From: Nitrospinaceae bacterium
GTDB lineage: Bacteria; Nitrospinota; Nitrospinia; Nitrospinales; Nitrospinaceae
DNA length: 64,000 nt
Direction of reading: 5' to 3'
NCBI GenBank assembly: GCA_965223665.1
Contig: OZ245011.1
Location: 2,784,001 to 2,848,000, forward strand
A program made the position numbers and the translations under genes. A model generated the notes under the pieces. The model was not told where the DNA came from, did not search any database, and worked only from the letters and a program-made list of their open reading frames with translations. Position 1 is the first letter of the stretch; every line of letters begins with the position of its first letter. Below are positions 38,667 through 48,613 of the stretch, one piece after another.

Positions 38667-41336
38667 ATGACCGATCATTTGATCAGTTTAAAAAGAACCC
38701 CTGATGCCATCGTCGCCATTGTTAGTCATTGCGTTCATGACTATTGGGAAGTCCTTTATGAGGATAACTTAGTCAATTTTTTAGAACTTTATGAGTTTCG
38801 TGAACAAGCTCTGAAGGAACTTAGTCCAAGTCTATATAAGAAAAAAAAACGACTTTTGGTTTCCTGGAAGTATCTATCTTCTGTCGAGAAATGGGACGCG
38901 GAACTTTTATTTCATGTTTTGGTTGTAATTTTGGAAACCATACCAGTATTGAAATCCAAGAATCGTCCTCTACCCATATTGGAAATAGAAACTCAAGTTT
39001 CGGTTCCTCAAAAAACGGCTGCGCATCCAAGAGGATTTTTAGGAAAAAAAGGAAAAACCCAAAAACCTTCACGCCCTTCCCGGATTAACTTACAACCTTA
39101 CCTGAACGATCCTAAAAATATTCCTGTAGTTCTAAATAAACTCAAAATTTTTAGAAAACAAACAATAAAAAAATTAAAAGTGAAGGGATATGAAATTCCT
39201 TCAAGTTTGTTTGATATGATCTTTGAAACCCCTTACGGCCCCTATTTTTTATTTCATTACAGCGAGGCTCCAAAAAAAATAAATACACAAATTCCAAATT
39301 TATTTAATGAATTAGTATTGCCTTCCTTAAAAACTCTATCCTGGAAAAAGATCCGTAAATTTCTCGCTATTTTTTATCAATTGAATCTTGAATCTGATGC
39401 CACATTAATAAGCGCTTATGGACGCTTTTTGAAATTGTGTCCCCAAACCACTGTATTAATTTGGAATGAAATTTTATTAGAGCTACCCATAGGAAAACGA
39501 TTTTCATTTCTTGTGACTTTAATCGAAACTGAATCCTGGAATATTTTAGAAACATATACCCCTAAAATCATTCTACAACTTTGCGAAAAAATTCCTTACG
39601 TATGCTTAGAAAACCGTTTGAAGGATATGTTTCAAGCACTCCAGGGTAAAGTTGATGCTGAATACCTTTTGGCGGGTTTTTCCTTATCAAACAAATACAA
39701 TGTTCATTACAGTTTTCATAATTTGGGTAACTTCGTACCCTTCTTTAAAAAAAAGTTTTATCGATCTATGAGTTCTGAAAAAGTATTAAAACATTTAACT
39801 CCATGGCAAATAATGATGATTTGGAAAAGGTTCTCTCAACTTCCAAATTTAGATAAATTTTTAGTTCAAATACCGATCAATCTTTTAAACAAAGAAACCC
39901 TTGAGGAATTTTTTGATTTATATTTGAACTGGGACAATAATAAAAATAAATTTACCGGCAACGAAATGGAAAAATGGAATTTTCTTCTTCATCAAACAAA
40001 AAATATCGTAAATAGACTTCAGTCACTAGATCCTATTTATCATAAAAAATATTTAATTACTCTGACCATTTTTATAAATTATTACTGGTTTACGATTAGA
40101 GAATTAAAACGCTACCTTCCCCGTTTAAATCTACTGTTCGTTCGAATTTGCGCAAGACCTCAAACTAAGTATTTTGTTGTAGCAAATATTTACTGCGACT
40201 TTATCGAATATACATCTGATAAATCTTTTAAAAAATTATTGGAATGCCCAGATTCAAGCTATTCAAGTCTAGAAAAAACTTGCAGTAATCGAAACCGATA
40301 TACTCTAATACAGCGGGCCATACAGAACCTAATAAAAACATTGCCAGATTTTACTGTTGATTGTTTTGTGAAATTTCCCAATAAATTAATTAAGACCTTA
40401 ACAAAATTGGGAACGTTAAGGATTGCAAATCGAAAAAAACTTTTGCATAGCCTAAAAAATCATCAATTATTCAAACTTCAGGTAGAGAGAATATCTTGTG
40501 ACAATTTATATAAAGTTGTTACAAAATATAGAACAGAAAAAATGTTTCAACCCACTCCAAAAAAACTTAAATTATTTTTTCAAGGAGAACTAGATTTAAG
40601 TCCAAAGCGCCTGCAAGCCTATACCGCAAAATTTAAATATAATTATGAGTCGTTTTTATTAGACTTTCTAAATGAAAAAATTAACTTAGCACTGAGCAAG
40701 GATTTCATAATTTCTTCAAAACAAAATACTAAGGAACACACGCTCCAATTCTTGAGCCTGGTGAAAAAAAATCGACGTCCCTTAAAAAATTATTTGAAAG
40801 CCTTTTTTAGCGGAAATGAAAAATATATAGACACCCATCCTTTAACTCAAAAGTGGATGCAAAGGAATTCAAAGCTAGCTTGGGAACTATGGAAACGAGG
40901 GATTCTTTTTTGCCGTCAATCAACTAAATGGGGGCCGGTCAATATCCAAATAGAAAGAGACCCGGAAGAAATTTTAAAAATGGGAACCTATGTGGGAACC
41001 TGCCTCAGTCTGGGAGGAGATTACATGTATTCTGCAATTGCTGCCCTTCTTGATATAAATAAACAGGTTCTGTATGCAAGGGATGCCAATCAAAAAGTAC
41101 TAGGTCGTCAATTGGTAGCTATTTCTAAAAATAAAGAGTTAGTTTGTTTTACTGTGTACCCGGAAAATTCCAGTCCGGAAATAAAAAATATGTTTTTAGA
41201 ATATGACTTATATTTTTCTGAAGCTTTAGGTATTCCACTTTATGAAAATTCTGATGAGGATGGATATGAAATCGAATTGATTTTGGCCAATGATTGGTGG
41301 GACGATTGGATTTGGGAAAAGGTAGCTTATTTTTAA
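38667..41336 (+). CDS. large hypothetical protein (about 889 aa), low-GC, with a conserved-looking C-terminal domain
   Basis: Long uninterrupted ORF; ATG 38667; C-terminal DP.EILKMG...TCLS.GG...LLD.NKQV.Y.RD...GRQLVA. Confidence 0.7.
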   Translation: MTDHLISLKRTPDAIVAIVSHCVHDYWEVLYEDNLVNFLELYEFREQALKELSPSLYKKKKRLLVSWKYLSSVEKWDAELLFHVLVVILETIPVLKSKNRPLPILEIETQVSVPQKTAAHPRGFLGKKGKTQKPSRPSRINLQPYLNDPKNIPVVLNKLKIFRKQTIKKLKVKGYEIPSSLFDMIFETPYGPYFLFHYSEAPKKINTQIPNLFNELVLPSLKTLSWKKIRKFLAIFYQLNLESDATLISAYGRFLKLCPQTTVLIWNEILLELPIGKRFSFLVTLIETESWNILETYTPKIILQLCEKIPYVCLENRLKDMFQALQGKVDAEYLLAGFSLSNKYNVHYSFHNLGNFVPFFKKKFYRSMSSEKVLKHLTPWQIMMIWKRFSQLPNLDKFLVQIPINLLNKETLEEFFDLYLNWDNNKNKFTGNEMEKWNFLLHQTKNIVNRLQSLDPIYHKKYLITLTIFINYYWFTIRELKRYLPRLNLLFVRICARPQTKYFVVANIYCDFIEYTSDKSFKKLLECPDSSYSSLEKTCSNRNRYTLIQRAIQNLIKTLPDFTVDCFVKFPNKLIKTLTKLGTLRIANRKKLLHSLKNHQLFKLQVERISCDNLYKVVTKYRTEKMFQPTPKKLKLFFQGELDLSPKRLQAYTAKFKYNYESFLLDFLNEKINLALSKDFIISSKQNTKEHTLQFLSLVKKNRRPLKNYLKAFFSGNEKYIDTHPLTQKWMQRNSKLAWELWKRGILFCRQSTKWGPVNIQIERDPEEILKMGTYVGTCLSLGGDYMYSAIAALLDINKQVLYARDANQKVLGRQLVAISKNKELVCFTVYPENSSPEIKNMFLEYDLYFSEALGIPLYENSDEDGYEIELILANDWWDDWIWEKVAYF

Positions 41337-41344
41337 ATTATTAT

Positions 41345-42526
41345 TTATTTTTTAAACTTTACCAGCAAATTAGTCACGGTATCAATAACACGATAAACAT
41401 CATTTTCTGTCATACGAGGGTACAGAGGTATGGATAAAACCCTTTCCGAAAGTGTAGAAGCTATCGGTAAATCTTTGGGTTTATAATTTAGAGCTTTTTG
41501 ATAATAAGGCTGCAAATGTATTGCCCGATAGTGCACAGCGACCCCAATTCCTAAGGTCTGCAATTCATTTAAGAACCGATCCCGATCTACTGTCAATGTT
41601 TCTAAATTCAATGCCAATATATAAATATGGTAGGACGAATGAGCATATTCTTTTTCTTGAAGGACCTCAACAGTTTCTAAAGAATTAAAAGCGGAATCAT
41701 ATATCCCAGCGTAACGTCGCCGGGTTTCCATAAAAGAATCTGATTTCTTCAATTGGTGAATGCCTATAGCAGCGTTGAGATCAGCCATATTGTATTTATA
41801 CCCGGGGACTTCCAATTCATAATGCGCATAACCATCTTTTCCATACCTTTTCCACGCATCACGACTTAAACCTTGTAATCGAAGCACACGAATTTTTTCC
41901 GCTTGCTCGTCATTGGGAACCGCTAACATACCACCTTCACCGGTAGTTATATTTTTGTTTGCATAAAAACTGAAAGAAGTTAAATTCCCGTGATTTCCAA
42001 TACGTTTTTCTTTGTAATAAGATCCTGTGGCATGAGCTCCATCTTCAATCACTTTTAAATTATGATGATCTGCAATTTCTTTAATTTGGTCGATATCGAA
42101 AGGATGTCCCGCAAAATGGACCGGCAAAATACAACGAGTCTTTGCTGTAATTTTCTCTTCAATTTTAGATGGATCCATAATCATTGTTTCGGGTTCCACA
42201 TCAACAAACACCGGCTTTAAACGCTGATGAATTAGAACATTTGTAGTGGCAGCAAAAGTCATCGGTGTTGTAATTACTTCATCACCTTCATTTAATTCAG
42301 AAACAGCAAGAGCCAAATGTAAACCTGCGGTACAGGAATTCACACCTACTGCTTGATGGCAACCTATATAGTCTTTAAAATCTCCTTCGAATCTTTGAGT
42401 CTTTGGACCAGTTGTCAGCCAACCCGAACGCAAAGTATCTACTACCTCTCGAATTTCATCTCCATCTATAGATGACAAATGATATGGAAGAGGCACTTGC
42501 TTGAGATAAGGTTTTGAAAGACTCAT
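41345..42526 (-). CDS. DegT/DnrJ/EryC1/StrS PLP-dependent sugar aminotransferase
   Basis: GWLTTGP, NSCTAGLH, PVHFAG, EDGAHA, SFYANKNITTGEGGM, GYKYNM. Confidence 0.93.
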   Translation of the reverse strand: MSLSKPYLKQVPLPYHLSSIDGDEIREVVDTLRSGWLTTGPKTQRFEGDFKDYIGCHQAVGVNSCTAGLHLALAVSELNEGDEVITTPMTFAATTNVLIHQRLKPVFVDVEPETMIMDPSKIEEKITAKTRCILPVHFAGHPFDIDQIKEIADHHNLKVIEDGAHATGSYYKEKRIGNHGNLTSFSFYANKNITTGEGGMLAVPNDEQAEKIRVLRLQGLSRDAWKRYGKDGYAHYELEVPGYKYNMADLNAAIGIHQLKKSDSFMETRRRYAGIYDSAFNSLETVEVLQEKEYAHSSYHIYILALNLETLTVDRDRFLNELQTLGIGVAVHYRAIHLQPYYQKALNYKPKDLPIASTLSERVLSIPLYPRMTENDVYRVIDTVTNLLVKFKK

Positions 42527-42538
42527 AATGGATCCTTT

Positions 42539-43246
42539 TTATTTAATTTGAGAGAAATCTGACTCAACAAATTTTATTTTATTTAGGTCTTTAAGATTAT
42601 TTGGAGAAAAATAATTCACTACCTTTCCCCCACTTAGTGAAACGTTTTGAACCATTAAGGGCACAACCCATTGGTTCCCAACTTTTTCCCAATAATCCGT
42701 AACGATTTCCTTACGATTAATATCCATATGGACACGGAACATTAAGGGATCGAGCTTTTCTATTAAATCGTATTCGGTTTCCACTTTTCCATATTTTCCA
42801 TCTGGACTAATAGACAATTTTTTTACCCGACGGCCTTTTATAGTTATCCAGGGATTCGGAAAAATCCTGTAAGAAATTTTTCGGGGAAATCCTAAAGGAT
42901 CGCGAGAAACATATTTTTTAGTTTTTATCTCCTCGGATTGCAAAGGAACTCCAGATACATGGACTACAGGTTTTGGTTCTTTGTAAGGTACTCGACCTTC
43001 AAGGTTTATAAATTCTATTAAAGTTACCTGTTTTCGGAATTTTGGATGTTGTTTATTATAGATAGATTCCCAGTCGCTACGTTTACGCTCTTTGTAATAT
43101 TCTTCATTGATTTGATATAGTTCGCGGGCGTGAGAATTAATATTCTTTTTTGGGTCGGCAATTCCACCGGAATTATAAAAACCCCAAAAAACCGCCACAG
43201 CGGCTCCTACAAAGACCAGTTTAAGTAAGGGTGATTTTTTTATCAT
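42539..43246 (-). CDS. hypothetical membrane-anchored or exported protein
   Basis: 235-aa ORF with N-terminal hydrophobic helix; co-oriented with neighbours. Confidence 0.65.
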   Translation of the reverse strand: MIKKSPLLKLVFVGAAVAVFWGFYNSGGIADPKKNINSHARELYQINEEYYKERKRSDWESIYNKQHPKFRKQVTLIEFINLEGRVPYKEPKPVVHVSGVPLQSEEIKTKKYVSRDPLGFPRKISYRIFPNPWITIKGRRVKKLSISPDGKYGKVETEYDLIEKLDPLMFRVHMDINRKEIVTDYWEKVGNQWVVPLMVQNVSLSGGKVVNYFSPNNLKDLNKIKFVESDFSQIK

Positions 43247-43344
43247 TTCTTTACTTAACGGAAAAATAGGAATTTAAGTTAAATATTGAGTACTTAAGAA
43301 ATTATTGAAAAAAGCCGAGTTATTAACCCTTTGAATTAGGTTAA

Positions 43345-45177
43345 TCAATTTTGGAGTGTTTTGGAAATTTTTTCAGCGATCGATGGTGTTATTCCAGGAA
43401 GTCGAGTCAACTCTTCTGTGGAAGCTTGACGAATATTATCTAAACTACCAAAATGCTGGAGCAGTAGAAGTCGGCGTTTTTTTCCAATACCAGGAATATC
43501 GTCTAATGGGGATTTTAAAGAATTTTTACCACGCAGTTTTCTATGATAAGCAATCGCGAAACGATGTGCTTCATCCCGAACTCTTTGCAACAAAAATCGA
43601 GAAGGTGAATTTTCTTTAAACCAGACCGGATCTTTGCGTCCAACAAGAAAAACTTCATCTGTATCTAAATTGTTTCTATATTTTCCCTTAGCAATACAAA
43701 CCAAATCCATACGATGATCAATACCCAAACTTTGTAAAGCTTGGTGACCTGTATTCAGATGGCCCTTTCCCCCATCAATCAATATCATATCCGGAAGAGG
43801 TTTTCCTTCATCCAACAACCGTGAGTAGCGTCGCAATATTACTTCCGTAAGCATCGCGTAATCATCAATCCCTTGAACTCGAGATATCTTGTAACGACGG
43901 TAAGACTTATTTTCCGCCGCGGCGTTGTTAAATACAACCATTGAACCGACTGCATGAGTTCCCGAAATATTCGAGATATCAAATCCTTCAATTATTTTTG
44001 GATAATTTTTCAGACCAAGCGAGTCTCTTAATTCCTCCAAACTTCGGGTCGCAACTTCTCCTTTATCTAATTCAGCTCTAATAGCAAAACGCGCATTGTC
44101 TTCAGCCATTTTTACCAATTCACGTTTTTTACCAATTTGAGGAATATCTATGTGAATTTTTGAGCTTCCCTTGTCTGTCAACCATTGCTCAATAAGTGGT
44201 AAATCATCGATTGGATACTGAATTAAAATTTCTTTTGGCAGGTTTGGTTCGTCGGCATAATACTGCTTAAGAAATGATGAAAGTGTTTCACGTTCATCTT
44301 CTTCATTTAAATTTTTCATTTTATAAATTTTCTCAGCTACCATTTTTCCATTGCGGACTATTAATACTTGGACCATGGCCAATCCGTGTTCTGCACAACA
44401 GGCAACAACATCTTGATTCACCAATGAAGTGGATATGATTTTTTGTTTGTCCAATACCGTCTTGACAGCTTCAATTTTATCCCTGAAAACTGCGGCTTCT
44501 TCATAGTTTAACTTTTCAGCAGCCGTATCCATTTTAGATTTTAAACTTTTTAATAAATCTGAATTCTTTCCTTTTAAGAACAAGGTCACATCTTTTACAA
44601 CCTTGTTATAGTCATCCGGTGAAATTAATCCTGCACAAGGCGCTAAACACCGTTTCATTTGATAATTCAAACAGGGCCTCCGTTTCGGAGCACCGTCCAA
44701 AGAATCATTACTTTGTCGCAAGGGAAAAATTTTATAAATTAGACGAATGGTTTCACGAACTTCACGAACCATGGTATAGGGGCCAAAATAAGTGGCTTTA
44801 TCCTTGTAAACTCGGCGCACCACTTCTAATCGAGGATAAGTTTCCTGAGTGGTCAGCCGGATATAGGGATAATGCTTATCGTCTTTAAGCAACACGTTGT
44901 AGCGAGGCTGATGCTTCTTGATGAAATTGCTTTCTAGAATAAGTGCTTCTTGCTCAGTTTGAGTTGTAAGCACTTTGATGTCTTTAACTTTTCGTACAAA
45001 TATTCGAGTCCTAGGCGCTAAATCTTGAGATTTGGAAAAGTATGAACGGACACGGTGAAAAAGAGATTTAGCTTTTCCAATGTAAAGGATACTCCCCTTT
45101 CCATCTTTCATCATGTAAATCCCAGGAAGTTTAGGAAGGTTTGCTAATATTTCTGAAAGGACAGTCAATTTTTCCAT
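43345..45177 (-). CDS. uvrC: excinuclease ABC subunit C
   Basis: GIY-YIG (PGIY...YIGKAK), YN..LKDDK.YP, GFDISN, IDGGKG, RDEAHRFA, HhH tail; start ATG 45177. Confidence 0.97.
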   Translation of the reverse strand: MEKLTVLSEILANLPKLPGIYMMKDGKGSILYIGKAKSLFHRVRSYFSKSQDLAPRTRIFVRKVKDIKVLTTQTEQEALILESNFIKKHQPRYNVLLKDDKHYPYIRLTTQETYPRLEVVRRVYKDKATYFGPYTMVREVRETIRLIYKIFPLRQSNDSLDGAPKRRPCLNYQMKRCLAPCAGLISPDDYNKVVKDVTLFLKGKNSDLLKSLKSKMDTAAEKLNYEEAAVFRDKIEAVKTVLDKQKIISTSLVNQDVVACCAEHGLAMVQVLIVRNGKMVAEKIYKMKNLNEEDERETLSSFLKQYYADEPNLPKEILIQYPIDDLPLIEQWLTDKGSSKIHIDIPQIGKKRELVKMAEDNARFAIRAELDKGEVATRSLEELRDSLGLKNYPKIIEGFDISNISGTHAVGSMVVFNNAAAENKSYRRYKISRVQGIDDYAMLTEVILRRYSRLLDEGKPLPDMILIDGGKGHLNTGHQALQSLGIDHRMDLVCIAKGKYRNNLDTDEVFLVGRKDPVWFKENSPSRFLLQRVRDEAHRFAIAYHRKLRGKNSLKSPLDDIPGIGKKRRLLLLQHFGSLDNIRQASTEELTRLPGITPSIAEKISKTLQN

Positions 45178-45332
45178 GAGTCTCTCACTATTGATATCGC
45201 CTCCTTCATTATATAGCATGCACCTTTAGACCGGGCAATTTCATGGAGAAAGTGATTTTCTTTTTAAAAAATACCAAATTTTCCACAAAGAAGAATTTGT
45301 GAGTGTTAAGAATTAGATTTCTTAGGATTTAA

Positions 45333-47675
45333 TCAAGAATGTTGAGAGACTACTGGATCGGGTTTCTTCGGTGGTAGGGTTGAGGAAATTGGGTTTGGCA
45401 AAGTAGGCATTTTTTTCTTCTCAAAAGGTCGCCAATATATGGTCAAGAGGATTAAGATCACAAAAGAAATTCCACTGATGATGAGCCCCTCGGTAAAACC
45501 TACAGGGTAAAAGTCAAATTCTAAAGTGTGGCGTCCGGGTCCCAATTGAACGGCTCGATAAAAATGATTAGCCTGCAATATTTTTCGTTCTTCGCCATCA
45601 ACAGTAACCGTCCACCCGGGAAAATATGAGTCGAGCAACACAAGAAATCCGTTACCTTTTTGGTTCGTTTGAATGGTTACATGATTTGGACTATACTTAA
45701 TCGATTCAACTTCACCTTTAAAGTTAGGAGTTTCTTGAAACTCTACTGGCTCACTGAGCAACACAGTCTGAAGAGGATCAAACTCTTCACTGTAATAAGT
45801 ATTGAGGAGTTCTAACTCTTTTCCTTTTTGCATCTTCGGCACCAAAAAAGCCCTTGGCAAAGCATCATCGAAAATTTTTAGGTGCTCCGGGGTCATTATG
45901 GGATAATTCCCAGAAAAATTAGTTTTCGCATCCCATGCAACTCCAAATTTAACATTACTTCTCTTCAGGAGCCGAAGCCGTCTTTCAGGAGTAGAATTAA
46001 ATAATAATTCATACCACAAACCCGTGTTTTTTAATCCCATTCCCAAACCAGGGATCCCACTTACATTTTCAACTCCATATTTCATTCCAATATAAGGGAC
46101 TAGGAATTCAAATTGAGAAATAGTTCCTGATATTAAATTAAATGAAGGAGGTAAATATTTAAAGTTTATTTTATTTTTTAAATTTCCAGAATAGAGTCGG
46201 AAATTGTCGGTTTCTTTTTTTATGGTTTGCAATAGAGCTGGTTTATTATCATATATTTTTTTATCAATAAATGGTATTAAGCTAAAATTATTAAATAATA
46301 AGTCGAGTACCACCATAAATGGCAAAAGGATTTGAAAGTATTTTATTTTAAATTTTTCATAGTAAACAAAAACCGTTAATAAAGATAAAGCAAAAATCAA
46401 TGCTAATGGAAGAAAAACATATGAGCTCCTATTTTCAAACCACAGCAAACTTACAATTAACATAGAAAAACTGTTAATCAAAAGCACATATTTAAGATTC
46501 AAAGTTTTATTTTTACAACCCTCATAAATCTTATCAAATATTAAACCCACAATGAAAACTGATGCAATTGCCGAGAGAACAAAATACTTTTCTGGATAAC
46601 GAAATACTTTGAGCAATGGGTTAATTTTCCAGATATATTCATAGAAGAAATTATTTCCACCCAAAGAAAGAAAAATTCCTATAAAAAAAACCAACAACCA
46701 AAAACGTATAATCGATGAACTTCTAAATAAAAAAGCCAGCAGGACAAAATTTGCAGTAAAAATACCCATATAAGCAGTGGAAAAAAAACCTTTAATTTTT
46801 GCGGTTTCTCCACTAATAACATACGTGTTATAGTCTGGTGCCAACCAAAATGTCGAAAGCTTATCCAGACTCATGGACCATCCCACATGATCTCCAAATG
46901 CTAACCCTCCCTTTCGAAAACTTAATTCAATTAAATTATAAGTTGGCAATAATTGGAGTGCTGATAAGCCAAGAGCCAATAAAACAAAAATACTTAATGC
47001 CAAAGTTTTCGTTTTTAAACTAGTTGACATTTCATGTGGACGGATCACCACCAAAGCAAAAAAGAAAATAATTAACACAGTAAACACGCATACTTCAGGA
47101 CAAGCACCTAAAGTTTGGCAGGCTAAGAAAATTACACCAAAAAGAAAATATTTATTTGATCCCTTAATTATCCAATTTTGAAAAGATAAAAATATAAGAG
47201 GAAACCAAGCAAGAGAATAAAAAATATTACTTAGTAAAACCGATGAAAGAAAAATCCCTCCTAATAAAATTGTAATAGACGAGCAGAAAGCTGCTCCAGG
47301 AGAAAGATTCCAACTTCGCACCAAAAAATAACAAGGAAAAGTTAATATAAAAAAATGGAATAAATAGAAAAGGTTGATTGCTAAAGTGAAATTTTGAATT
47401 AGAAAAAAAATGCTGGGAGGATAAAAAATACCTGTATGAAAAGCTCCTATAAATGAGGTCCCTGATTGATAATAGGGTGTCCAAAAAGGTAAAGCGCCAT
47501 TTTGAAAGGATTGAGCTAAAAAATGCTTTACTGGGTAAGTAATAAAAGAAAAATCACGTGAGAAAAATGTTTTTCCATCAAATAAGGGAAATAAAAACTC
47601 AAAAAATACTAAAGCTAAAAATAAAAGACTGACCCAGTGTAAAGGTTCAATCTTTTGGTTTTCTTTTGTGAACAT
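45333..47675 (-). CDS. YfhO-family polytopic membrane protein (putative GT-C glycosyltransferase)
   Basis: D in first loop, PFW.PY..SG, FYPP, QLLPT, FRYP.K, LPRA, D.YFPGW..TVDG. Confidence 0.75.
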   Translation of the reverse strand: MFTKENQKIEPLHWVSLLFLALVFFEFLFPLFDGKTFFSRDFSFITYPVKHFLAQSFQNGALPFWTPYYQSGTSFIGAFHTGIFYPPSIFFLIQNFTLAINLFYLFHFFILTFPCYFLVRSWNLSPGAAFCSSITILLGGIFLSSVLLSNIFYSLAWFPLIFLSFQNWIIKGSNKYFLFGVIFLACQTLGACPEVCVFTVLIIFFFALVVIRPHEMSTSLKTKTLALSIFVLLALGLSALQLLPTYNLIELSFRKGGLAFGDHVGWSMSLDKLSTFWLAPDYNTYVISGETAKIKGFFSTAYMGIFTANFVLLAFLFRSSSIIRFWLLVFFIGIFLSLGGNNFFYEYIWKINPLLKVFRYPEKYFVLSAIASVFIVGLIFDKIYEGCKNKTLNLKYVLLINSFSMLIVSLLWFENRSSYVFLPLALIFALSLLTVFVYYEKFKIKYFQILLPFMVVLDLLFNNFSLIPFIDKKIYDNKPALLQTIKKETDNFRLYSGNLKNKINFKYLPPSFNLISGTISQFEFLVPYIGMKYGVENVSGIPGLGMGLKNTGLWYELLFNSTPERRLRLLKRSNVKFGVAWDAKTNFSGNYPIMTPEHLKIFDDALPRAFLVPKMQKGKELELLNTYYSEEFDPLQTVLLSEPVEFQETPNFKGEVESIKYSPNHVTIQTNQKGNGFLVLLDSYFPGWTVTVDGEERKILQANHFYRAVQLGPGRHTLEFDFYPVGFTEGLIISGISFVILILLTIYWRPFEKKKMPTLPNPISSTLPPKKPDPVVSQHS

Positions 47676-47749
47676 TGAGAAGTTTAAGGGGCTATTTTTA
47701 AAAGCAAAAATTTATCAATTAAAAAATATTAAATTGATAATATGGAGTG

Positions 47750-47783
47750 AAAAAACTTCCCGCTTGGAAAATCCAAGCGGGAA
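47750..47783 (-). terminator. intrinsic terminator downstream of pilin 1
   Basis: Perfect 12-bp stem TTCCCGCTTGGA/TCCAAGCGGGAA, 3-nt loop, followed by GTTTTTT on the minus strand. Confidence 0.85.
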
Positions 47784-47804
47784 ATATTTAAAACCAATTT
47801 AAAT

Positions 47805-48194
47805 TTATGGAGTTGCAATAGTTCCAGTTGAGTTCATACTCCAAGACTGGGTGCCAGTATCCTGTTGATGGGACGCTGAAGCGGTAAAAGAAACTTCATT
47901 ACTTGCCGCAGTAATAGTAACAGATGGTGATTGTTGGAAACCATAGCTAGGACTAGAAGCAATTCCAGTAGTACAGGCTTGGTTAGATCCATTATCGGCC
48001 CAATACGCTTTACACGCTAAAAATACATTGTGTAAGTTAGCTTTTACATCAGCATGGTAAGCCCGTTTTTTATATTCGTTAAACTGAGGAATCGCTACAG
48101 CTGCCAAAATACCGATGATGGCAATAACGATCAATAATTCAATGAGGGTAAAACCCTTTTGATTTTTTCTAGCTTTATTTAATCTTTCTAACAT
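47805..48194 (-). CDS. pilA: type IVa pilin, probable major pilin
   Basis: [24 protein letters not shown]; strong GGAGG RBS; own sigma54 promoter and terminator. Confidence 0.88.
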   Translation of the reverse strand: MLERLNKARKNQKGFTLIELLIVIAIIGILAAVAIPQFNEYKKRAYHADVKANLHNVFLACKAYWADNGSNQACTTGIASSPSYGFQQSPSVTITAASNEVSFTASASHQQDTGTQSWSMNSTGTIATP

Positions 48195-48283
48195 TACTAC
48201 TCCTCCAAAAAACTTAGTTGATAAAAAACTGTAATTAATCTGTCAATCCTCTTGAACCCTTAAATATTCGTTACCCCAGTTAA

Positions 48284-48300
48284 AGCAAACGATGTGCCAA
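48284..48300 (-). promoter_or_regulatory. sigma54 (-24/-12) promoter of pilin 1
   Basis: TTGGCAC-atcgt-TTGCT, exact consensus. Confidence 0.85.
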
Positions 48301-48403
48301 AAACGATATAAGAATTTAATTTTTTAATGAGCCTTTTTTCAATTCATTTTAAAAACAAAAATTAAAGAGTTTGTTAAATTTACTTTGAATCACCATTTCT
48401 TAA

Positions 48404-48438
48404 CGACAATAATTGTCACCCCGTGACCCAAATTTGCA
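48404..48438. promoter_or_regulatory. putative paired enhancer sites for pilin 1
   Basis: GACAATAATTGTC palindrome plus GACCCAAATTTGC 20 bp away; about 110-135 bp upstream of the -24 element. Confidence 0.5.
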
Positions 48439-48613
48439 TTTTCTTGAAAATATTATTCATTTTATCTATGTATTGGAATAACTCGGAGGAATAGGTTCTT
48501 CTCATATTAAGCATATCCGGATAGGAAACAATTTTCCAATATAGTTGAAGGAGGAACATTAAAATAGGTTTCCATCTTGGAAAAAAACAATTTCACTAGA
48601 AAAACTAATACAT

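Noticed and set aside
44284-44299. parS-like half site TGTTTCACGT
   Set aside because: Second half does not match the palindrome and it lies inside uvrC coding sequence
48420-48575. Small ORFs between the two pilins (METYFNV..., MRRTYSS...)
   Set aside because: Under 35 aa, no convincing RBS or motif, and they overlap likely regulatory sequence
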